Source of the DNA: Camelus dromedarius
Taxonomy: Eukaryota
DNA length: 64,000 bases
Direction of reading: 5' to 3'
Assembly (NCBI RefSeq): GCF_036321535.1
Contig: NC_087437.1
Coordinates: forward strand, 60,948,001-61,012,000
Shown here: positions 54,311 through 64,000 of the stretch, piece by piece
Layout: each line of letters begins with the position of its first letter
Numbering within the stretch: position 1 is the first letter of the stretch
Program-made: the position numbers and the translations under genes
The notes under the pieces: generated by a model
Databases searched by the model: none
Seen by the model: the letters and a program-made list of their open reading frames with translations, nothing else
Told to the model about the DNA's origin: nothing

Positions 54311-56320
54311 TAATCATAGAGTGTGTGTTCTTTTGTGCAGTTTTTTTTTTTAACTTAGTATAATGTTCCAGATCATCCGTGTTTTGGTTATTAGCAGTTT
54401 ATTTCTTTTTAAGTGTTGCTCTACTGTAATTTTCTGGTTGTTCTCCAGTTCATGGTGCATCAGCCATTTCCAGCTTTTGGCTATTATGAATAAAGTTGCT
54501 GTGAAGATGCTTGTACAAGTTTTTTTGTGGCCATATGTTTTCATTTTTCCTTGGCAGATACTCAAGCGGAATTTCTTAGTCATAGAGTAGATGTATATTT
54601 GATTGTAAAATAAACTACCAGATAATTTTCCAAAGTGGTTGTATTATTTTCTAATCCCAGCAACAACATACACAAATTCTGGGTGAGTTAAAAATAATGG
54701 AAACTAAAAGTGACTGAAGAAAATACAAGTGATAAATTCAGAATCTTAAGATAGAGTAGATTTCCTGAGTAACAGAAGAAATCCTAAAACAAAACTTTTA
54801 TATGATAACAAACGTCACAAAGTTAAAAACAACAAACTGGGAGAAGTCATTTGCAAATGCTTAAATCAACAGAGAATTAACATCTAGAATATAACAAGAA
54901 CTACAGATTAAGAGAAACACTACAATAATGGGCAAAGGAAAGGAACATGCAATTTACAGATGCTTAACTACTCACTCTGTAGTAAGCAGAGAACTGTAAT
55001 TTTTTTAAAAAATTTAATGAAACTACTGAGATTTTTAAAGTTTACTTACTGATTTGTTCACAGGTAAATCTAAACTAAGATCAGTAACTTTTTCAACCAA
55101 AGATGCAATAAATTACGTAGCAGCAATTATTTGCTATTTCTTAAACAATTTCTAAATCCATTTTATAGACTAAAAGTGAGTATGACAGTCGATATTTGCC
55201 ATCTGTCGAAAGCAGCTCGCCAACAGTGCTTATGTTGGTTAACTCTAAAATTTCTATCATAAATCACTTAAATGTTCCCACCATACTTAATGTTGCTTTC
55301 TTATGGTGAGTGCTGTTCTTAAAGCAGACAGAATTCATTAAAGGAAATTTATCACTATACTTGTAATTTTACTCTGAAGGAAAAATCCAAGTTAATTAGA
55401 AAACTGAATGTCCAATATTGGACCAAAAATAAAAATAAACAATAAAACCTAACTTGAACAGTTAAGCGGTTTATAAAATTATTCTTCCAGCCCTCATTTT
55501 GACTCTGCTTTTGTCATCATGGAAACAATTTCTTCTCCCAATTAAAATAAATTTGCTCAGTAGTACCAATCTTCCTCTGAAACCTGTAGAACTCTTGACT
55601 TTCTCTGACCTCTGGTGGTTTGCCAGCAATCTCGGGTATTCCAGGGCTTACAGATGCATCCCTCCAACCCTTTGTGTTCACACAGTGTTGTCACTGTGTG
55701 TCTTCACAGCATTTTCCTTCTGTGTGTCTGTGTCCAAATTTCCCCTTTTTTGTGAGGATACCAGTTATAATACAAACTTTGGTTTCTGCACATCTATCTT
55801 AGTTTAGGCTGTTGTAACAAAGTATATAGAGTGGGTCACTTAAACAATAGAAATTTACTCCCTATAGTTCTGGAGCTGGGAAGTCTGAGATCAGTGTTTT
55901 ATAATAGCCATTCTAATAGGTACATAATGCTATCTCTTTGTGGTTTTGATTTGCATATCCCTAATGAATAGTGATGTTGAGCATCTTTTCTTGTGCTTGT
56001 TGGCTATATGTATGTATCTTTTTTGAAGAAATATGTGTTTGCTGTAATTGTAGGATTACTTTTTTAAAAACTCCTTTACTATTATTTTAATGGCTTCTAG
56101 AGAAAGAGCTAAGTATATATATTCATGTGCCGTTTTGAACCAGAAAATCTTTGGTTTTTCTTTTAAAATGCAACTCCATAAAAAATATTGCTATAGCTGT
56201 TAATAATTGTATATTTATTTTAATTTCGCATTTTTATGTTAATATAGGTTTAATGGAAAATAAAAGTTAGCCATAGACTCCTCTGTTGCCTATATAATTT
56301 TCTTTCTTGATCTGAAACAG

Positions 56321-56397
56321 TTGATGACTATCAGCCAGTTCGCCTGTTAAGTAAACCTGGGGAATTAAGAAGAGAATATGAAGAGGAGATAAGCAAG
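56321..56397 (+). CDS. RNF168: RNF168 coding exon 2 (LRM1 region)
   Basis: (V)DDYQPVRLLSKPGELRREYEEEISK; acceptor tgaaacag, donor AAG|GTCGGT; 77 nt restores phase 0. Confidence 0.95.
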
Positions 56398-56626
56398 GTC
56401 GGTACTAAATACTTGTTCTTTTTTAGAAGAATTCTCTGCTGTGTTTTCAGTTTCAGATTTTACGTACAGCTTTATGTGCTTCTATAAATAGTATATATTG
56501 AAGTGTTAATAATTTTAATGTACTTTATAAAGACTCCATTTTTTACATTGTTCAAAGTAGTTAAAAACTAGCTTTAGTTTATTTAATTTCCCTGAAGCTT
56601 TGAACATAAAGGGTGGTAGATTATGG

Positions 56627-56965
56627 GTGTCTTAGTTCATTTGGGCTGCTATAACAAAAACACATAAACTGGGTGGCTTAAACAACAAACATTTATTTCT
56701 CACAGTTCTGGATCTGGAAAGCGTAAAATTAAGGCATGGCAGATCTGGTATTGGGCGAGGGCCTGCTTCTTGGCATGTAGACGGCTGCCTTCTCACTGTG
56801 TCCTCACATGGCAGAGAGGGAGAGAGAGATCCTCTCTTTCGTGTCTTGTCTTTTCATGAGGACTCCACCCTTACAACCCAGTTACCTTCCAAAGGCCAAA
56901 CCTCCAAATATTGTCACATTGGGAGTTATGGCTTCAACATACGAATTTGGGAGAACACAAACGAT
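56627..56965 (-). mobile_element. MaLR LTR (MLT1A0-like)
   Basis: tgtcttagttcatttgggctgctataacaaaa...tttatttctcacagttctgga...gcttcaacatacgaatttggg. Confidence 0.8.
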
Positions 56966-57103
56966 GTGTTTAGATGAGAGCATAAAGGGCTAGTTGTGAA
57001 GTCCCTAAATAGGAAAAGAGGGAGTGGTGCTTACAGTGAAGCCTTTGAACTTCACTTGTACTAAGAGAGCCTTAGTACTTCCTGCACCCTGCTTAGTATA
57101 GAG

Positions 57104-59165
57104 TAGTGTTGTCCCCTAGAAATACGATGTGAGTCCATATGTAATTTAAATTTTTCTACTAGTCACATTTTTAAGATTTTTTAAAGGATGAAACTAATTT
57201 TAATATATTTTATTTATCTCAATATATCTAAAATATTTTATTATGAAATCAATATAGAAAATATTAATTATAGGCAATCTACAGATTTAATGCAATCCCT
57301 ATCAAATTACCCAGGATGTATTTTACAGAACTAGAACAAATCATAATAAAATTTATATGGAACCACAAAAGACCCAGAATTGCCAAAGCAATACTGAAGA
57401 AAAAGAAAGTGGCTGGAGTAATAACTCTCCCAGACTTCAGACAATACTATAGAGCTACAGTAATCAAGACAGCATGGTATTGGTACCAAAACAGACATAT
57501 GGACCAATGGAACAGAATAGAGAGCCCAGAAATGAACCCACAAACTTTTGGTCAACTAAACTTCGGCAAAGGAGGCAAGAATATACAGTGGAATAAAGAG
57601 AGTCTCTTCAGCAGATGATGTTGGGAAGACTGGACAGCAGCATGTAAATCAGTGAAGCTAGATCACTCCCTTACGCCGTACACAAAAATAAACTCAAAAT
57701 GGATCAAAGACTTAAACATAAGACAAGATACGATAAACCTCCTAGAAGAAAACATAGGCAAAACATTATCTCACATACATCTCAAAAATGTTCTCCTAGG
57801 GTAGTCTACCCAAGCAATAGAAATAAAAGCAAGAATAAACAAATGGGACCTCGTTAAACTTACAACCTTCTGCACAGCAAAGGAAACCATAAGCAAAACA
57901 AAACGACAACCTACGGAATGGGAGAAAATTTTTGCAAACAATGAAACCAACAAAGGCTTGATCTCCAGAATATATAAGCAGCTCAAACGACTTAATAAGA
58001 AAAAAACGAACAACCCAATCCAAAAATGGGCAGAAGACCTAAACAAGCAATTCTCCAAGGAAGAAATACAAATGATCCATAGGCACATGAAAAAATGCTC
58101 AATATCACTAATTATCAGAGAAATGCAAATCAAAACTACAATGAGGTATCACCTCACACCAGTCAGAATGGCCATCATTCAAAAGTCCACAAATGACAAA
58201 TGCTGGAGAGGCTGTGGAGAAAAGGGGACCCTTCTCCACTGCTGATGGGAATGCGGTTTGGTGCAGCCACTGTGGAAAACAGTATGGAGATTCCTCAAAA
58301 GACTAGGAATAGACTTACCATATGACCCAGGAACCCCACTCCTGGGCATATATCCAGAAGGAACCCTACTTCAAAAAGACACCTGCACCCCAATGTTCAT
58401 AGCAGCACTATTTACAATAGCCAAGACATGGAAACATCCTAAATGTCCATTGACAGATGACTGGATAAAGAAGATGTGATATGTTTATACAGTGGAATAC
58501 TATTCAGCCATAAAAACGACAACACCATTTGCAGCAATATGGATGTCCTTGGAGAATATCATTCTAAGTGAAGTAAGCCAGAAAGAGAAAGAAAAATACC
58601 ATATGAGAATGCTCATATGTGAAATCTAAAGAAAAACCACCAAAAACATAAATACAAAATAGAAACAGACTCATAGACATAGAATACAAACTTGTGGTTG
58701 CCAGGGGGAGGGTGGTAGGAAAGGACAGGCTGGGAGTTCGAAATTTGTAGATAATGACAGGCATAAGTAGAATAGATAAACAAGATTATACTGTATAGCA
58801 CAGGGAAATATATACAAGATTTTGTGGTAGCTTAACAGCAAAAAAGAATGCGACAATGAATATATGTATGTTCATGTATAACTGAAAAATTGGGCTCTAC
58901 ACTGGAAATTGACACAACATTGTAAACTATAACTCAATAAAAAATGAAAAAATTATATATTACCTATATAATTACATGTCAGATTATATAATTAGATCTT
59001 AATTATATAGTTACATATAAATTAATCATGAGAGAGTTTACTTTTCTTCTTATTTAGTCTCCAGTTGTGTATTTTGTACTTGTAATACATATCAATTTGG
59101 ATAGTCACATTTCAGCTGCTCAGTAGCCTCATGTAGCTAGTGGCTGCTGTCTTGGATCATGTGAG
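57104..59165. mobile_element. MER33-like hAT DNA transposon split by a young L1
   Basis: Left half tagtgttgtcccctagaaata...tatgtaatttaaattttct; right half agtcacatttca..tgctcagtagcc..atgtagctagtggct..tcttgga. Confidence 0.65.
57272..58952 (+). mobile_element. Relatively young 5'-truncated L1 (ORF2 C-terminus + 3'UTR), sense in RNF168 intron 2
   Basis: ORFs at 57316, 57958 and 58258 are in one frame and encode ORF2 ([41 protein letters not shown]), broken by point stops; A-tail. Confidence 0.96.
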
Positions 59166-60284
59166 GTCTAGAACTAATAAATAATTACGATAGTTAAGTG
59201 TCAGCATATTGTCTAAACAAAGTCCTTCAGTAAGGGTTTTAAAGGAATAATTTAATCCTTACAACAATGTAATGAGAACACGTTCTATCAGGATGCTTTG
59301 GAATACAGGTAAAACAAAATCTAATTTGAACTGCCTTAAACAATAAGAAAATTGTAATTTATTGGAATTCCAGTGGTAGTAACAGCTTCAGGGTTGGTTT
59401 CATCCAGAGCTCTAGTTCCGTTTCTTTGCTAACTTCTGTCAGCTGGCTTTCTCCTCAGGCTAACAGCAAGATAGCTGCACAGTTCTGAACCGCAGGTGCA
59501 TGTGCCACAACATGCAGAGGGAGAAGCAGCAGGCTCTTCAGTCACCTTCCTTTAACAGCAAGAAAACGTACAAGTTTCTTAGCAAACTTTTCCTCATGTC
59601 TCCTTCACTTAAATTGGATCAAAGACTTGTTCTTGAGTCAAATCCTTTAGCTTCCTGAAGTGGCTCTTAGATTATTTCTTTCAGAAAGTATAGTTTAAGT
59701 GACCACAAGGGTGGCCTTAGGTCCTCAAAGCTGTTTGAGTCTGCACTCTGCATTTACTGATCTAAGAAAGTTATTTGCTTTTCTATGTCTGTTTCTTCAT
59801 CCATAAATCATATAATGACCATTATGGTTGTTTCTTCAGCAAACATTCCACTCTGCCTGGTGTGTTTCAGGATTCATCCCAACTTCAAGGATAGACCCTG
59901 ATTAGTTTGAGTTAGTTTTTCACTCCATCTGCTTTGCTAGGGTTTGGTTCAGAAACCTAGGCCAAAGTTAGGCCTTCCATTAATTGAGGGAAAGTATTAC
60001 CTAGAAACACTTCCAAAAATGTGTTAGTGTAATGGAAAATGTGATAAGGACTGAAGCGAGGAAAGATGAGGCTTTGATCAAGGTTCCATTGGACTGACTG
60101 GGGAAGGCTCCTGAAAGAGACTTTGTGGACATTTCTACAGAAATTAGTCTCTCCAGATTTGCACTGGATTTGAAATATGTTAATTCCTGCCATTTTTTTT
60201 TTACTTCTATTATTCTTATTAAGAAATATTATAGATACACGAAAAAGTTCAGGGAGGAATTGTTCTTTATTAATCATTTTTAAG

Positions 60285-60464
60285 GTGGAGGCAGAGCGAC
60301 GAGCCAATGAGGAAGAAGAAAACAAAGCCAGTGAAGAATACATTCAGAGATTACTGGCAGAGGAGGAAGAAGAGGAAAAAAGGCAGGCAGAAAAAAGGCA
60401 GAGGGAGATGGAAGAACAACTGAAAAGTGATGAAGAGCTGGCAAGAAAGCTAAGCATTAATATT
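60285..60464 (+). CDS. RNF168: RNF168 coding exon 3 (UMI and MIU1 ubiquitin-binding motifs)
   Basis: VEAERRANEEEENKASEEYIQRLLAEEEEEE...EEQLKSDEELARKLSINI; acceptor tttttaag, donor ATT|GTAAGT. Confidence 0.96.
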
Positions 60465-62341
60465 GTAAGTTTTAAAAACTTTGAAGTGTTAATATTCCTA
60501 TTGCTTTTCCTAGGTGATTTTGAACAGCCTGAAGAATTGTTTACCATAACTAGAAACTATTTCTGACATTATTTACTCTACTTAAAAGGTTTTTTTTGCA
60601 TATTGTTACACATTTGCCTTAATCCAAGTATACTTAAAAAAACCTTTTTTATAAGTTGTCAGTACATTCAGTTATGTAGGAAAGCTATTCAGTGAAAAAT
60701 GAGTTTTCTTTCCCCCTCCCACGTCTTTACTCTGATTCCTTTTTCATTACATCAGACACTCTCCCCAAAGGTTAGCACTATTAACAGTTTCTTTTTTTTC
60801 TTTCTTTTTTTTAAATTGAAGTAGAGTCAGTTACAATGTGTCGGTCTCTGGTGTACAGCACAATGTCCCAGTCATGCATATACACACATATATTTGTTTT
60901 CATATTTTTTTCATTAAAGGTTATTACGAGATACTGAACATAGTTCCCTATGTTATACAGAAGAAACTATTAATAGTTTCTTACAACTTTTTTTACCTAA
61001 AAAGAATGTGTGAATCACACTGTTTTTTTCCTGACCTTCTTCACGTGATATTTCTTAGAGGTGTTTTGTATTACTACATATAGTCTATCTAAAGTTCTTT
61101 TCTAGTAATGGCATTTGCAGGATGCAAATCACTTTTTGCAAGTGAAGCACATTAAATTTTTTAGTAACATATAAAACCTGGATTTTATTAATCTTGCTAT
61201 AGTTAAATTACTGCCTAGGGGACAATGAACTAAGAAAGGATGATAAAACACATACTTTAAGACCATAGGATACAATGGGGACTGAGTGATTTGAAAGAAC
61301 CTGGTGGAATCACCTGTGGTTCTTTTAAAATGCAAACTCCTATACTAAATCTACTAAATCAGAATCCCTGGGGATGGGATTTAGGGGATACCATTCCCAG
61401 AGGCATCCAGGGAAGTGTGACATGCATTCAGGCTTGAGCCTCTAAAAACAATTCCTCTGCTTTCAAACAACAAATATCTTAAAATATATTTACCAAAATG
61501 AAGCATATCCAGAACTGGGGTTTTGTTTTTTCTATATTTGAGAGGCTTACCATTCATAATAATATACCTAAGTTTTAGATTATATGCCCTTTTTAAAAAT
61601 ATATTTCCTTTTAAGATATAAGTGGGATAGCTTCGGAATGGTACACAATTGAGAATTAAATAAAAGACGCAGGCCGAAAGAATAACAAATGGGATAGGAA
61701 AGAAAAAATATATCAGAGAGGAAAATCTGAGGTCAATTTTACTTGTATTTCAAGAGTTAATTCTAATTCTTCTTGTTTTCACATGGGGATTATAAGAGCA
61801 GATCTATTGATATTTTAGAATAATTTTTGGTTTACTTGTAAAAGTTTGGTGGTTCAAGGCCACTGCTGACCTTTTTTAAAAAAAATTTTCCAGTGGTGTA
61901 GTAAGAAACTTACGAGACTAGGACCACAAGTAAATATTCATGATATTTATTGGTATGCCCTTAAATCCCCAGATTAAGTTATTTTACATAAAATGACTTT
62001 TATTCCAGGTATAGTCACAGCTCTTTGAATTTTTCCCTACAGATTACGGTAGTTATAAATATTTGAAATTATTCATTAGAAAAATTAGCAGAAACTATCA
62101 GCTAATGAGATTAGTATCATCATGCTCTTTGTGTTTATAATGTAGAGTAAAAATGAATTTAGACCAACTTAGGTAAACTTAATCTTGTTCATACTAATTT
62201 TTGCATGGTCAGTATTATTCAAAGGATGTACAGAATTTAAACATAGCATAATTTCTGAAAAATTCTGTTGTGGATTCTGATTTAATTAGTCAAATTAATA
62301 ATTTATTTTAAAATTGTTTTATGCTTTTTGTGTTGCTCAAG

Positions 62342-62463
62342 AACAATTTCTGTGAGGGAAGCATCTTGGCTTCGCCCTTGAATTTCAGAAAATCTGATCC
62401 AGTCACAACCAAACCACAAAAGAAAAGTAAGAACAAACAAATAAACACTGGAGATATTCAGAA
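62342..62463 (+). CDS. RNF168: RNF168 coding exon 4
   Basis: NNFCEGSILASPLNFRKSDPVTTKPQKKSKNKQINTGDIQ(K); acceptor gctcaag, donor AA|GTAAGT. Confidence 0.93.
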
Positions 62464-63905
62464 GTAAGTGAACATTACTATCAATTATTTATTGACCACC
62501 TACTGTAGATTTTTGTTCATAGAGTCTACTGTTGATCAAAATCGATCCATCAACCCTGCATGAAAACCCTCCACATGGTCTAAGCTTGACGTAAAGTGAA
62601 AATAAGAGAGATGCTCACATCCTGTGCATCTTAAGCACAGAGATGTGAAGCTTTTTTTATCTTGATTGCTCAGGATTTCCATGTTGTTCCTATTTTCTCA
62701 AAATTAATCAATTGGATTCCTTTTTCTTTTGGCTTAGATTCAAGTGAGAAAAGCTGGTCCCAAGTAAGGTCATCCTCATTGAAGGAGTTTACAATTTTGG
62801 CATCCCCCACACTCTCTTTTTCCCCAGTTTATGGATTATATTTCTTCTCTACTATACAAAACAAATCAGTCAGGTAGTCAATAGTAGAGCGAATTTAGTT
62901 GCCCCACAGCGCCCCTCTAGCAGCAGGAAGAGTTGATGTCTCTGTAAGTGTATAAGCTTTCCAATAGTAGTTCATAGTTGAAACAGTTTATCAACTGTAG
63001 TTTATCAACTACAATCTAGACGTCAAACATGTAAGGGCTTTTGGTTCAACTGCGTAAATATGTGCAGGTAATTTGCATCCTTCCAAAATTCATAGAAATT
63101 TAGGATTTGGGGTGGTGGAGACTTGGGATGGGGAGATGGAGATTGGCGGGAAGAGGGCAGCATTAAAGGAAGTGGTTGCTATTAAGGGAGAAAAAAGATA
63201 TGCAACATCAGTGTTGTTAATGCTGATATGCAAAGTAGAAATCAAGAGAAAAACCACTGAAAGGAGAAAAGCAGAGATACTTCGTATTGATATAGTACTT
63301 TCCTGCTTAAAAAATGTAACTGTAATGAATCTAAATAGATACTTTGAAATATTTAAAGATAAAAATTTACTAGAAATATAAGAATAAACTTATGAATTTA
63401 AAAGCAGAAATAGAAGAAACTGAGAAACTAGTGGATTAAAGTTAAAACAAAGTTAAATACAGATAAGGTCTAGTCTCTAGAATATATAAAGAATTCTTAC
63501 ATAAAACAGCAACATACAAGATAGAGTGTTGGTTGCACAACTTTGTACTAAATGTACACTTTAAAATAGTTAATTTTATGTTATATGAATCAAATTTAAA
63601 ATAATTAACAAAAAGCTTACTAAAGTGTTTGAAATTAAGAAAAAGTGCCAGGTAACTCATTGGCTAAAGAGTAAATCTTGATAGAAATATAGAACTGAAA
63701 ATATTGCACATCAAGACTTACGGGATGTGACTGAAGTAGCATTTAGAAGGCTTTAAATGCCGTATCAGATAAAGAAGACAGGCTGAAAATATATCTAAAA
63801 TGACAATTCCATAACAAAAAAATAGACTCACAGACTGGTAGCTAGTGGTACATGCCACTTGTGTTTAAAGCATTTGATTTTGGCAAACTTTTTTTTTTTT
63901 TTAAG

Positions 63906-63987
63906 GTATTTGTCACCTAAATCTCAACTTGGGTCAGCATCACAGTCTGAAGTTGCACAAGAAGACAGGAAAAACTCCATGTCTATG
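63906..63987 (+). CDS. RNF168: RNF168 coding exon 5 (gene continues beyond the window)
   Basis: (K)YLSPKSQLGSASQSEVAQEDRKNSMSM; poly-T tract + aag acceptor, donor ATG|GTATGT. Confidence 0.92.
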
Positions 63988-64000
63988 GTATGTGGGTGCT

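Noticed and set aside
57616..58479. Three L1 ORF2 stops that all look like TGGT to TGAT (APOBEC editing?)
   Set aside because: The mutated G is followed by T, not the GG/GA context of APOBEC3; too few events
62908..62924. CTCF-like GCGCCCCTCTAGCAG in RNF168 intron 4
   Set aside because: An extra C shifts the register and the TGG end is missing; weak match without binding data

Overview
Mammalian genomic DNA, probably camelid (inferred from the tRNA-derived SINE and L1 3' ends), syntenic with the human 3q29 block FBXO45-WDR53-SMCO1-RNF168. It contains FBXO45 coding exon 1 (minus strand) head-to-head with WDR53 on a shared CpG island. WDR53 is complete (2 coding exons, 358 aa), SMCO1 is complete (3 exons, 214 aa), and RNF168 coding exons 1-5 are present with the gene running off the right end. 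All splice junctions are GT-AG and keep frame. The rest is mostly L1, L2, MIR, SINE, LTR and hAT repeats. I see no clearly novel multi-gene system. The most interesting unexplained structures are: a ~160-bp inverted duplication bracketing SMCO1 exon 2; a 27-nt retroposed Y1 RNA 3' fragment and a U6 retrocopy, both with perfect target-site duplications (TSDs); a candidate 5'UTR intron plus a uORF in RNF168; and a direct repeat at both ends of the WDR53 coding intron. Gene and repeat-family names come from recalled sequences, not database searches, and repeat boundaries are approximate.
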